Shown piece by piece: positions 12,794-25,795 of a stretch of 64,000 nt of DNA. The stretch is from NCBI RefSeq assembly GCF_006345805.1, contig NC_043008.1, positions 10,106,001-10,170,000 of the forward strand, read 5' to 3'. Numbering within the stretch: position 1 is the first letter of the stretch; each line of letters starts with the position of its first letter. The stretch is from Octopus sinensis (lineage: Eukaryota). A program made the position numbers and the translations under genes. The notes beneath the pieces were generated by a model, which ran no database searches, had not been told where the DNA came from, and saw only the letters and a list, made by a program, of their open reading frames with translations.

Positions 12794-13360
12794 TTAATTG
12801 ATGTGCCCTACCCCGCTATACATGCTGTGGGGTCTTCTACCTGGTCCAGACATCATCATCATCTCTGTGATTTAGCATCGATAGTGATATATAATTGATA
12901 ATTATATAAAAATGACGATTGATAGAGAGATATAAGCACTAATTAAGGACTAGTATCCACTTAATTAATGTGCCCTACCCGATATACATGCTGTGGGGTC
13001 TTCTACCTGGTTCAGACAACATCATCATCACTGATTTAGCATCGACAGTGATATATTATAAATATACCACCAATAATATTAATTAAAAATGACTAGTGAT
13101 AGAAAGATATAAGTGCTAATTAAGTACTGGGGTCGACTTAATTGATGTGCCCTACCCGCTATACATGCTGTGGGGTTTTCTACCTGGTTCAGATAACATC
13201 ATCATTGTGATTTAACATCAATAGTGATATATTATAAATATACCACCAATATCACAATTAATAATAATGGTTGATAGAAAGATATATTCGCTAATCAAGC
13301 ACCGGGGTTTGAGTTAATTGATGTGCCCTGCCCATATGAATATGCTGTGGGGCCTTGTGC
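12794..13360. repeat. Tandem repeat, ~175-bp unit, ~3.3 copies
   Basis: TTAATT(G/A)ATGTGCCCT(A/G)CCC recurs at 12794, 12961, 13138 and 13314 (periods 167, 177, 176). Confidence 0.85.
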
Positions 13361-14419
13361 CCAAATGTAACCACATTATTTGTGGTTTAGCATTCATAGT
13401 CATGCATTATTAATGCAGCTCGAATAATTCACTACGAGTTATAATCACAATATTAACTTTGTTCCCATAAATCAAACTGCCAATCTGTTTTTGAGTGGTC
13501 GGAGCAGTATAAGAATATTTATACCTGTGTGTGTATATAAAAATATATATCTACGTATGTATATTTATGTGTGTAGGTATAAAACTTTTTATCGACATTT
13601 TAAAATTATTCTAACGTTTGTGCTAAATAACACGTTAGACTGTTCGACTGCACGATCTCTTAGACATTTTGTTGGTAGCTTTAACATATTGACAGTTTAT
13701 CTTTTATAAAATATACATATATTGGGATAAAATGTTTTAAAAATGCAAGATTTAGTAGTCGATTGTCTTGTCCTCTAATGTACAGCTCCGACCCTGTGTT
13801 AAGAAGGGGTGAAACAAAGTCTATCCAAGGCAGTGTTCGAACTCCCGAACAGTAAAGTTACCCTTCTAAACTGCATTGAGAATTATCCACTGATGTTGTG
13901 TTCTGCTTTTAATATAAAATGGAATCAAACTGTTGTTGATTTTTAATAATTGAAATGGTAACAGCACCACCACCACCACCAACAATAATAAGAATTCTTT
14001 CTACTATATCTACTAAGCCTGAAATTTCAGCGGGTGAGGGGGCTTAGCCACTTGGTACTTATTTTATCGACCCGGAAAGGATGAAAGGCAAAGCCGACCT
14101 CGGCAGAATTTGGAGACTCGGAACGTAAAACCGGAAGAAGTGCTACTAACAACATTGTTTCTGATTTAAGCACAAGTTTTGGTGGGAGGGGGCTAATCGA
14201 TACCTTCGATCACAACACGATGACGGTAATGATGGTGATGATGATGATTTCTTACGCACAAAAACGAATGAAAAATTAATAAATCCCCAAATTGTAGTCT
14301 AAGACCTTAACATTTTTTCCTTACTGTAGGAAGCTATTAAAAACAGTAATTTGAAGAAATATTCATTGTGCCAAAGCCGTAAACAAATAGATGGTCTTTA
14401 TGTTTTAAACCCATCTCTC

Positions 14420-14472
<53 letters not shown>

Positions 14473-14495
14473 ATCTATCTATCTATATCTGTCTG

Positions 14496-14531
<36 letters not shown>

Positions 14532-14828
14532 CCTATCTATCTATCTATCTATCTATCTACCTATCTATCTCTATCTATCTATCTATATCTATCTATCTAT
14601 ATCTATCTATCTATATCTGTCTGTCTATCTATCTATCTATCTACCTATCTATCTATCTATCTATCTATATATCTATCTATCTATCTCTATCTATCTATCT
14701 ATATCAATATCTATCTATCTATATCTATCTATCTATCTATCTGCCTATCTATCTACCTGCCTATCTATCCATCTACCTGCCTATCTATCTATCTGCCTAT
14801 CTATCTATCTATCTATCTATCTATCTGC

Positions 14829-14898
<70 letters not shown>

Positions 14899-14930
14899 GC
14901 CTATCTACATATATATATATATATATATAT
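14420..14930. repeat. (TATC)n microsatellite ending in (TA)n
   Basis: Directly visible; explains the 14351..14959 pseudo-ORF. Confidence 0.95.
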
Positions 14931-15074
14931 CATCATCATCATCATTTAGCGTCTGCTAAATGATGAGGAAGGGCATCCAGCCATAGAAACCTTCCCAAAG
15001 CAGACTCTGGGGTGAAATGCAGTCCTCGAACTCAATGAATCCCATCAAACCATCCAATCCATGTGAGCATAGAA

Positions 15075-15482
15075 CATCATCATTATCATCATTTAACGTC
15101 CGATTTCCATGCTAGCATGGGTTGGACGATTTGACTGAGGTCTGGCGAACCAGATGGCTGCACCAGGCTCCAGTCTTGATCTGGCAGAGTTTCTACAACT
15201 TGATGCCCTTCCTAACGCCAGCCACTGTGCGAGTGTAGTGGGTGCTTTTATGTGTCACTGGCACGAAGGCCAGTCAGGTAGTACTGGTAACGGCCACACT
15301 CAAATGGTGTTTTAAGGTGCCACCTTCACAGGAGCCAGTTCAGTGACACTGGCCACGACCTTGCTTGAATGTTTTTCACAGCACAAGTGCCAGTAAGGCG
15401 ACGCTGGTAACAATCATGCTCAAATGATGCTTTTTACATGCCTCCAGCATGGAAGCCGGTTAGCTCCTCTGGCAACGATCAC
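15075..15482 (-). mobile_element. (GAT)n-tailed retroposon
   Basis: Colinear with 4853-5470. Confidence 0.8.
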
Positions 15483-15499
15483 AGATGTTAAATGACGAT

Positions 15500-15717
15500 G
15501 GTCAAGCTGGCAGAAATGTTAGCACTCCGGGCGAAATGCGCAGCTGTATTTCGTCTGTCGTTACGTTCTGAGTTCAAATTCCGCCGAGGTCGACTTTGCC
15601 TTTCATCCTTTCAGGGTCGATTAAATAAGTACCGGTTACGCACTGGGGTCGATGTAATTGACTTAATACCTATGTCTGTCCTCGTTTGTCCCTTGTGGGT
15701 AATAAAGAAATAGGTAT
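15500..15717 (+). mobile_element. tRNA-derived SINE with Nin/Deu-like central domain
   Basis: Box B GAGTTCAAATTCC; GACTTTGCCTTTCATCCTTTCAGGGTCGAT domain; tail ...AAAGAAATAGGTAT. Confidence 0.85.
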
Positions 15718-16167
15718 ATCTTGTTGGCACAGGTGTGGTTGTGGTTAAGAAGCTTTCTTCCTAACCATATGGTCTCATGTTTAATCCCATTTTGTGGCAC
15801 CTTGGTTAAGCATCTTCTTCTATAGCTCCAGGCTGACTAAAACCTTGTGAGTTTGGTGGACAGAAACTGGAAGAAGCCCTTTGTATATGTGTGTGTGTGT
15901 GCATGCATGTATGATGAAAGCCTTTCAGCTGTGACCATCCATAAATGTGTATATCAGAGATTATGTTCTCTCATGTGTCCTTTTCTTTTGGAGATAGTGT
16001 GATTTGGCTGCTCTTTCTTTTTTGTTGCTGTTTGGTCCAAGTTTACCCTGATCAAGCAATTGTATGACAAAAGTGTTGCAGTCCATATATTTTATCATCA
16101 TCATATTATTTCCTTCATCTTTCTCTCCAACTCACTTTCCTTTGTTTTCTAATAGGGGTATCCATTA

Positions 16168-16337
16168 CAGTAATCCCTTGACTCCTGTGATAGGTGAAAA
16201 TCCATGAAGTAGAAACAGCACTGTACTGTATATTTTGTCTTTATCATTTGTATATATTTTTGATTATAAATGCTAAACACCACAGAGGAATTGATATGAG
16301 CTTCAATAATAAACCGCAATATATCGAGGGATTACCG
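16168..16337. mobile_element. pogo/Tigger-like MITE
   Basis: TA|CAGTAATCCCTTGA ... TCGAGGGATTACCG|TA: imperfect TIRs with TA TSD; related fragments at ~59460 and ~62710. Confidence 0.7.
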
Positions 16338-16451
16338 TACTCTACTCTACAGTAAAGCTTATATCTGTCTCCTCTATACCTTATATATCTCAACTGGCAC
16401 AAACCCACAGCCCCTCAAAACTACTTCTCCACCTCCCAGTTGAGGGGATCT

Positions 16452-16752
16452 CATCTTACAAGGTACTTGCTGATCCTGTCAGTGCTGGTTCCATGTAAAA
16501 AGCACTGGTGACGGTGCCACTTGAAGGGCACTAGTAATGGTGCCACTTGAAAGGCACTGGTGATTGTGCCATGTGAAATGTACCCAGTGCTCTCTGTAGA
16601 GTGGTTGGCATTTGGAGGGGCATCCAGCTGTAGAAACCATGCTAAAACTGACTATGGAACGTGGTGCGACTCTTGGCCTTGCCAGATCCTGACAACCCAT
16701 CCAACCCATGCCAGCATGGAAAACGGATGTTAAGCGATGATGATAATCATTA
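16452..16752 (+). mobile_element. Older (GAT)n-tailed retroposon with ~24-bp GGTGCCAC...GCACT repeats
   Basis: GGGCATCCAGCTGTAGAAAC core and ...CAGCATGGAAAACGGATGTTAAGCGATGATG tail. Confidence 0.7.
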
Positions 16753-17246
16753 TCGTCATCACATTTGTTTTACCATGTTGGCATTAGTTTAATGACTCAT
16801 CACTGGCTGATTTTATTTGGAGTAATTGCTTTCAAATGTGTGTGCATAATATGTCGATGTAAAGGTGTGGCTTTATACACAGATATATATGTGTGTATGT
16901 TGCACGAGTACATAGCACTTGCTCTGTGTGTGCGTGTGTATATAATAGTTATCTGCTTACGTTGTACATCGGTGTCTAGTTCTATGAGTGCATGTTAACA
17001 GGTGTGTGTATGAGCATCAATATTTGATGCTTTTATCACCATCAGTTTTTGCACCCAGCCTTTCATGCTTGCTTAATTTGGGTGGTGCTTCTCCAACACA
17101 GGACATAGACTTCTTTCAGTTCGTTTCTGCTCCAGTATTCTTCCATGCTGACAGATTTTGGAACATACATGTCATTTTTTTTCTCTAGCCTTTACAAATC
17201 CCTCACATTCAGGGTTCATCTCTTGTAACTCTACAGTATCACACTT

Positions 17247-17568
17247 ATTTCTTTACTACCCACAAGGGGCTAAACACAGAGGGGACAAACAAGGACAGGC
17301 AAACGGATTAAGTCAATTATATCGACCCCAGTGCATAACTGGTACTTAATTTATCGACTCCACAAGGATGAAAGGCAAAGTCAACCTCAGCGGAATTTGA
17401 ACTCAGAATGTAACGGCTGACCAAGAATTTCTGCAAAAGTCGTGGCCTCAGCATCAACCTCTGTGTCATCAAGAAAGCCCCAAGGAGTGACTACTGAAAA
17501 CAGCGGCAGACGAAGTACCGCTAAGCATTTCACCCGGCGTGCTAACGTTTCTGCCAGCTCGCCACCTT
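17247..17568 (-). mobile_element. Nin/Deu-like tRNA SINE with an ~87-bp foreign insert and a 17-bp TSD
   Basis: Perfect direct repeat TCTACAGTATCACACTT at 17230-17246 and 17569-17585; non-SINE sequence at ~17418-17504. Confidence 0.85.
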
Positions 17569-17599
17569 TCTACAGTATCACACTTGTTACACAAGCATC

Positions 17600-18300
17600 A
17601 TAGAATCTGTCCTCCATTCAGTTAGAGAATCCCCTTTTTGCCAGTAAAGGTCATAGCTCCTTGAACTCTTTTTTTTCACCCTGTTCTTCTGGTTATTACA
17701 TTCTCAGTGCAACTCCACTGATAATTAATAACAGTGGCTGTCAACTGTTAGGCAGACATCTGGGCATTTGAAATAATTTATTTCACTGAAACTTTTCCTG
17801 CTAGCTACTCCTCTGTGTCTGCACTATATAAATCTACCTTCTCTGTCAGCATCCTGTGATCACATCACACCTTTTGCATCTATAGCTTACATAGATTACA
17901 CAGTATTGATTTCCTCCCTCTTTTCTGCTTATCAAACCTTTGCTAGTTTTACTCTCATTTCGAAGTTTTTCTTCCCTAAGCCTTTGGCAGTTTCAGCCAT
18001 GAGGAGTTGGTTATTAGCACATACGAGTTTCCAGAGGCAAGCAGTTTCTGTTATGGCCTGGAACATCTATGATAAACAGAGTGTTGAGAACTGAATCTTG
18101 ACGGACACAGATATGCATGCTAAATTTGTGACCGAACTCATTGCTGATTTGTACTTTACTAATGGCATCTCTGGTCATTGCTTGCACAGCTCTCACAAAC
18201 CATTTCTCTACACTGACTTTTCTTAATGATTGCCAGACTATAGTGTGTGGAGCTATCTAAGGCCTTCTCCAGGTCTATGCATCTTGGGCATAGCAGCTTA
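17600..18300 (-). pseudogene. Decayed RTE-clade LINE reverse transcriptase fragment
   Basis: Minus-strand translation gives IDLEKALD..., then (EWF)VRAVQAMTRDAISKVQISNEFGHKFSMHICVRQDSVL, matching the RTE RT pattern DLEKAFD...VRAVQ..Y...GV.QGSVL; frameshifts and stops present. Confidence 0.7.
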
Positions 18301-19314
18301 CTTTCAGAAAAGAACTGAGACAAGGACAATTAGTTGTACATCATCTTGGCACAAACCTGAACTGTATCTCATCTAAACTAATTCTTTTCTTAATCAGTTA
18401 TGCTATAATTTTTTGTTCTCCATTACTTTTGTAAACTAGTCCATGAATTTGATGCTTCTAGAGCTTCATTTTTAGATGTGTAACACTTGATAAAGATATT
18501 ACTACACTAATTGTGGGTATTATGCTTCCCTGTACTATTTGGTGGATTATGTAAGTACCTAACATGTGACCTACTTCATCAGATATTTTCTGTATCTCAG
18601 AGACTATCCATGAAGAACCAGCTGCTTTCCTTGCCTTCATATCTTTACTTACACTTGTGCATGTGTATGTATGTATACGTACATATAAACCTCTGTGCAG
18701 GCAATAAATCATGACAAGGTAGTTAGGGAAATGGATAGATACAGTACCAGGTATGAGTGAAGGAAAGAAACTGCAACAGGTTATAACTCGGATTGGGGTG
18801 GGGAAAAAGCTTTAGTTTATTGTGGAGATTTCGTCAAAGGAATTTTAAAATCATTATTGATTGAGGGATTTATATCCAACAGAATCATTATACAAGTTAC
18901 AAGTCTTTGCCAAGAAAGAATCCTGAAGATGAAAGAAAATATCAACATTAGAAGAAATAATGACATTGTAATTCTTACTGGTGACTTTAAAGCCAAGCTA
19001 GGGCAGGAGAGAGGAATAGTCAGCTCCTTGTCATTAAAAAAAGTTAAGGGGCAACAAATAAACTCGTGGAATCTTTGCTAAGTATGATCTCTAAATGATC
19101 AAAGCAGTTATCATTATAAATTGATGCGTAAGAAAGGCAGCACATCTTCCAGTGATGGCAGTGAGAATGGAATTGAATTCATTTGTATTAGTAGTTGATG
19201 GGAAATTAATTGGTTTGGCATTCATGTCTTCAGAGAAGCAGATATTGATCCATATCGTTACGTGGTAAAGGGACTTATCAGAATGGAACCTACCATACAA
19301 TGAAACCTACTAAA

Positions 19315-19916
19315 AGGCGGCAAGCTGGTAGAAATGTTAGCATGCCGGGTGAAATGCTTAGTGGTATTTCGTCTGCTGTTACGTTCTGAGTTCAAATTCC
19401 GCTGAGGTCGACTTTGCCTTTCATCCTTTTGGGGTCGATAAATTAAGTACCAGTTACGCACTGGGGTCAATGTAATCGACTTAATCCCTTTGTCTGTCCT
19501 TGTTTGTCCTCTCTGTGTTTAGCCCCTTGTGGGTAATAAAGAAATAGGTATTTCATCTGCCGTTACGTTCCGAGTTCAAATTCTGCCGAGGTCGACTTTG
19601 CCTTTCATCCTTTTGGGGTCAATAAATTAAGTACCAGTTATGCACTGGGGTCGATGTAATTGACTTAATCCCTTTGTCTGTCCTTGTTTGTCCTCTCTGT
19701 GTTTAGCCCCTTGTGGGTAGTAAAGAAATAGGTATTTCATCTGCTGTTACGTTCTGAGTTCAAAAATTCCGCTGAGGTGGACTTTGCGTTTCATCCTTTC
19801 GGGGTCGATAAATTAAGTACCAGTTACGCACTGGGGTCGATGTAATTGACTTAATCCATTTGTCTGTGCTTGTTTGTCCCCTCTATGTTAGCCCCTTGTG
19901 AGCAATAAAGAAATAA
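19315..19916 (+). mobile_element. Head-to-tail trimer of the Nin/Deu-like SINE
   Basis: One head plus three 184-bp units starting at 19364, 19548 and 19732; flanked by a single TSD GAAACCTAC(T/C)AAA (19302-19314, 19917-19929). Confidence 0.9.
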
Positions 19917-20289
19917 GAAACCTACCAAAGATTTTTTTTAATCTTTAAAAAACTGAAAACCTTTTTTAATATCGACAATCTCAATGAAAGTACATGAGGT
20001 ATTCATACCAGCTAGGCCACGAGAATTGATATACCGCATTAAATGCAGATACAAGTACGGATCAATACTGAAGTAAATTGAAAGTCGTTACGATTGAAAC
20101 ATCCAAAAATAGTTAGAAGAGAGAGGAAAACATAATGAATACTGGATATCTCCAGAGACCTGGGAGTATAAAGACTGGACAGAGAGGTTTAAAAACATGA
20201 TTTTGCTGTAAAGATTGATTGAAGGTCATGCAAAAAAATACAGAAACTAGCACTTCAAGAAATGATTGAAGGATTGTAGAGAGGATTGT

Positions 20290-20595
20290 AGGACAAAATA
20301 CTTCAATAGCCTGGGCTTCAGAGGTTCACAGCTCTTCAATATCCTCCCGAGGGACCTGAAAGACCTGCATAGGGTGGATGTAGGTGTCTTCAAAATAAAG
20401 CTGGACCTCAGGTGTCCCAGATGAACTAACTTCGCGGCTGGAGGTGCATATGAGGCCAGCTGCATCAAACTCTCTCATGCACAAAATGTCAATTGCTAAA
20501 AAGCATTCGTGAAGTAAAATTATGTAGCAACACCAAATGGCAGTGCCCCAGCATGGCCACAGCTCATGAGCTGAAACTAGATGAAAGAAAGAAAG
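20290..20595 (+). mobile_element. 3' end of a CR1/L2-group LINE
   Basis: RTKYFNSLGFRGSQLFNILPRDLKDLHRVDVGVFKIKLDL, then 3' UTR ...GGCAGTGCCCCAGCATGGCCACAGCTCATGAGCTGAAACTAG and (GAAA)n. Confidence 0.75.
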
Positions 20596-20664
20596 GATAG
20601 AGAAGTAATTGGCAGGACATGGGAGCATCAGTGAAAGGATGGGTGTAAAAAGTAAGAATGGTAA

Positions 20665-21061
20665 TCATCATTCATCATTGTTTGACCGTGGTTGAGACAA
20701 TGGAATTTACTATGCTACGCCAGACTTCACGGTCCATCATAGCATTATGGAGGTCCTGTTGCTGGATGCCTGTATCCCTGGAGATTTCATCAGGGTAGGA
20801 GAGTGTGCGCCCTCTGGTATTGCGAGTAGATGGCTTCCAGAGGAGAAGAGGAGAAATTACCTCGTTTTCAGCTCTACAACAATGTCCAGCAAACTGGACT
20901 CTCCTACCTTTCACAAGAGATGACACAGCTGGTAGTTTCCCATATATTTGTACTTTGGTTGGATGACGCTTCCACGAGAGATTTTGAGCTCTCATAAGGA
21001 GGCGAGTGTAAGGTCCATTTAACCGCCTCTCAAGCTTCTTTGATAACGTCCAGGTTTCTGA
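20665..21061 (-). mobile_element. 3' end of an RTE-clade LINE with open C-terminal frame and (TGA)n-like tail
   Basis: SETWTLSKKLERRLNGPYTRLLMRAQNLSWKRHPT...RRVQFAGHCCR...MMDREVWRSIV is a typical RTE C-terminus; stop at 20675-20677 runs into TGATGAATGATGA. Confidence 0.85.
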
Positions 21062-21604
21062 ATGGTAAAGTGACAGAAGAGGAGGGGAAATGAAGAGTGT
21101 GTGTGTGGAACATTACAGAGGAGTTCTAAATTACTGTGAACTTGATGAGCTTTTTTATAGATGGTGTTGATTAAGTGATCTTGATGAAGATGTTGATGAA
21201 ATCATATTGGAGGAATTTTACTATTAATGAAAATTAACATAGTCTCAGGTACTGATGGAAACCTTTGTAAAATTACTAAATGTGCTGAGGAAGCCATAGA
21301 CAACCTATGTAACTTGAAGAATGGAAAACAGTGGTTGTAATGAAACTGTCAAAGAAAGGTGATCTTAGCAATTGGTGGAATTAGTGAGGAATCTCCTTGT
21401 CTGTGGTGACCAACAAGTTGCTTTCAGCATTTTAAACAAAATAAGGCAACATAATTTTAAGGGATCAACAATCTGGATTCCTTTTTTCGAAGAGATCATA
21501 CGCTGACATTATTTTTGCAATGTGATCTCATTATTGAAAACGCTATTGAATACAAACCGACTGTAGCCATTAACTTTATAATCTTACAGAATGCTTTTGG
21601 TAGT

Positions 21605-22160
21605 CATCATCCTCATCATCATCATTTAACGTCCGCTTTCCATGCTAGCATGGGTTGGACGTATGACTGAGGGCTGGCAAACCAGATGGCTGCACCAGGC
21701 TTCAATCTTGATCTGGCAGAGTTTCTACAGCTGGATGCCCTTCCTAACACCAGCCACTCCGAGAGTGTAGTGGGTGCTTTTACGGGGCCAAAACTAAAGG
21801 AAAATATTTTCGTCTGTTTTTACATCTGTTTTTTTCTCTGCAAGCATGGGTTAGATGAATGTTATTGAGGCATTGTTTTACAGCTGGATGCCCTTCCTAA
21901 CGCCAGCCACTCCGAGAGTGTAGTGGATGCTTTTACGTACCACCAGCACGGGGCCAGTCAGGCGGCACTGGCAATGACCTCGCTCGAATCTTTTACACAT
22001 GTCACCGGCACAGGTGCCAGTAAGGTGATGCTGGTAACGATCACGCTCGAATGGTGTTTTTTATGTGCCCACGGCACGGAGGCCAGATAGCCGCTTTGGC
22101 AATGATCACGCTTGGATGGTGCTCTTAATACCCTACTAGCACGGGGCTCGAGTGCCAGGA
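21605..22160 (-). mobile_element. (GAT)n-tailed retroposon with internal partial duplication
   Basis: Colinear with 4853-5470; the TACAGCTGGATGCCCTTCCTAAC...GTAGTGG block occurs twice (~21725 and ~21880). Confidence 0.8.
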
Positions 22161-23129
22161 GTGCGAGTAGTATAAACAGAAAAGCTGTGTAGAAAAGCAT
22201 TACAAGTTATGCAATATCTAAAAATTTGGTAAATAATGAAAGCAATGCATAAAGTTGTCTGTGGGGTCCTGCATCTCACATGCAGTGTGTGTTACTGGGT
22301 TAGCTATTAGTATAGAGTCAGCTACAGTTTTTCAAAGTAATTATTAAAACTTCTGCAAAATAGATTCCAAAAAACTGTGGTGCAAGAATGTGGCCTTCTT
22401 TTACATCATTTGCAACTAAAATTGGTGTCTGAGAGTGGTCCATTGAAATATGTGTTCATATTCTCATAAAGGGGTGAAATAAGTGATATAAAATGGAAAT
22501 GACAACCAAACTGAAATAGAATCTTCTAGGTCCTCATTTCACAATTAAGGGTCAAATACTTTTTGAAGTTGAGGAAACATTGTTAGCTGTTAAATTTGTA
22601 TTCAGAGCATCCACCATGTTACATTTACCTCAAGTTATGGGATTTCAGGATATGGCCTCTAATTTCACCTTTATGGAAGCACAACTATATTTTACAATTT
22701 ATAAACTACATTTTATTCTTAGCCATCATTTTAGTTGAGCTTAAAGTATAATTGGAGTAAAGATTGTTTGCCAACATAACATGGCGGTCCTGGTTTAGGA
22801 CTAATGTTGCTGTAATTTAGTCCCAGGAGACATTGTCTCCGGCTGCTCCAGCTGGCTATACGACACAATCTGTGTCCTTATATTTTCGCACAAGGTACTC
22901 CAAAGTATTGTTAGTGGATATATCTTTCAAGAGATTTAGAAATAGTAATTTTCTAATCAAAGTATAATTGTTTCAGATTTTGGCACAAGGGCAGCAGTTT
23001 TATGGGAAGGAGTAAGTCGGTTATATCAACTACAGTGCTCAACTGATACATACTTTATTGGCCCTGAAAGGGTGAAAGGCACAGTTGACCTTAGTGGAAT
23101 TTGAACTCAGAAATTGCATATCTGTATAT

Positions 23130-23248
23130 ATATGAACTGTTTCTGGATGTATGTATATATATATATATATATAATGTATGTGTGTGTGTGTGTGTATGCA
23201 TATGTGTGAGTATACATATGTGTGTGTGTATGTATATATGTATGCTTA

Positions 23249-23287
<39 letters not shown>

Positions 23288-23359
23288 GTGTATATGTATG
23301 TATGTATATATATATGTATATATATATTATATATATATGTATGTATGTGTATATGTATA

Positions 23360-23406
<47 letters not shown>

Positions 23407-23745
23407 GTACATATATACATATGTGTGTGTGTGTATGTATGTGTTTGTGTGTGTAATGTGTATGTATATATGTAAGTATATGTATGTGCAAGAATGTTTA
23501 TATATGAATTTGTGTATATTTATGTATGCATTTGCATGTGTATGTATATATGCAAGTATGTGTGTGTGTGCCAGTGTGTATTTATATGTATGCGTATGTC
23601 TGTATATATATATATATGTGTGTATGTGTGTATATATGTGTATGTATGTATGTGTTTATATGTATGTGTATATATGTGTGTATGTATATATGTGTGTATG
23701 TATGTATGTATATATATATATATGTTTGTATATATTTGTGTGTGA
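23130..23745. repeat. Mixed (TA)/(TG) microsatellite
   Basis: Directly visible; source of the CVYIY/HTHI pseudo-ORFs. Confidence 0.95.
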
Positions 23746-25009
23746 GTGTGCTGCAGCATGACCTCAATCAAATGACAGAAACAAGTAAAAGAATTTTTAA
23801 AAAAAGCAACATCTATTTATTGTTGAATATGAGACGAAATATATATTAAACCTCTTCTCATGTAGGTAGCCCCCATGTATTATTCTTCTTCTTCCATCTC
23901 TTTCGGAACGTTTCCTTCTGGCCATTATTGCTTTTTCAAACTTCGCTAATCCAAACGGTTTCTCGTTAATCCCCCTCCTCTTCCACCTCCCCTTCCTAAT
24001 CTCCCTCCTTCGCCGTGTTCCTTACCAAACCAATGTTTATTTACTCTCTGCCAATGCTTCTTGGATTCCATTCGCTGCCCCACTTGATGATGATGTATGC
24101 ATGAGCGAATTATTATTATATTTTCTTCTTCTCTTCTCTCTTTTTTTTTCAATCTCCTTCTGATGTCAGTTGGATTTCATATTCTTCATCCTTCATTCAT
24201 CCAATGATGAAATCAACCACAGGTAATAATTCTTCACCAACGATGGAGAGTCGAGGTCGAAGAAAAGCATGAACGACACCAAATCACCCGTTGTACATCG
24301 GCAGAGGCCTCTATTTCTGTTTATTGACATCATCCCTGCCAATACATTTATATATAAACACAAAACACTCCATAAATCTCGCGGTTTAACGTAAGCAGAG
24401 TATTATTTACATACATTATGAAACGATTCTCAGTTCACCCATAAAACCTTCATTCACCATCGACATAAATATTTTCGTTTGAGCAGAAAAATCTGGTGGA
24501 TATTGGATATTCTAGCATAATGTTCCTTCTATTGTGAGTTTAAGTGTTTTGTTTTTTTTTCCTTAATTGTGTATATTTTATGAATATTGATAATGCCTAC
24601 GTGAGGTGCTCGAAATGTATAATTGGCTCTGAACAAATTGCCTTGCTTGCTTGCCAGCTTGCCTAGCTACTTGTTAAGCTCTGCTCGAAATTAACAATTT
24701 TCTCTTGATGAAAAATGATTATATTCATATACACGCACATACACACAATGCTTAATATATACACAAACAAATATACATTCCTGTTTTATTTTATCGCTGG
24801 TGCGTGTTCTTAGCAGTGAGTATCTCCAAGTAATGCTGTTGTTGTTTATATTTTCAAACTGTTAAAAAGGGGTTTGTTTCACGAATGACCTCTTTGGCTT
24901 CTTGTAATGATGCAAGCGTTCACACCCCGTTTATGTATCTATCTACCCGTCAGTTAAGGTATACGGATGAGATTACATGTGTGTGTGTATATGTGTGTTT
25001 GTGTATGTG

Positions 25010-25044
25010 TATATATATGTGTGTATATATATGTATATATGTGC

Positions 25045-25116
<72 letters not shown>

Positions 25117-25790
25117 GGCGGTGCCCCAGCATGGCCACAGCTCATTAGCTGAAACTGGAAAAATCAAAATCAAAATCATGTATGTGTATATATGTGTATA
25201 TATATGTATGTATATATGTGTGTATATATGTGTGTATATATATGTATGTATATATGTGTGTATATATATGTATGTATATATGTGTGTATATATATGTATG
25301 TATATATGTGTGTATATATGTGTGTATATGTATATATGTGTGTGCATATATGTATGTATATGTGTGTATATATGTATGTATATATGTGTATATATATATG
25401 TATGTATATATGTATGTATGTATATATGTGTGTATATATATATATGTATGTATATATGTGTGTGTATATATGTGTGTATATATGTGTGTATATATATGTA
25501 TGTATATATGTGTGTGTATATATATGTATGTATATATGTGTGTATATATGTGTGTATATATGTGTGTGTATATATGTATGTATATGTGTGTATATATGTA
25601 TGTATATATGTGTATATATATGTATGTATATATGTGTATATATATATATGTGTATATATGTGTGTGTATATATGTGTATATATATATGTGTATATGTGTG
25701 CATATATATGTATGTATATATGTGTATATATATATGTATGTATGTATGTGTGTATATATGTGTGTATGTGTATATATGTATATGTATATA
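25010..25790. repeat. (TA)n run, an isolated LINE/SINE tail (25117-25160) and a (TATATGTG/TATG) compound microsatellite
   Basis: Directly visible; tail GGCGGTGCCCCAGCATGGCCACAGCTCATTAGCTGAAACTGG. Confidence 0.9.
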
Positions 25791-25795
25791 TGCTT

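Larger units (their letters stand above)
18857..22400 (+). pseudogene. Old RTE-clade LINE (APE endonuclease + start of RT) broken by at least four younger insertions
   Basis: ILTGDFKAKLG (~18970) and ENGIEFICI...VFREADIDPYRYVVKG (~19150-19280) are APE-like; EEWKTVVVMKLSKKGDLSN...GISL and ILRDQQSGF...IIENAIEY...NFIILQNAFGS (~21320-21605) are RT-like; the frame resumes INRKAV*KSITSYAISKNLVN at ~22170. Confidence 0.65.
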
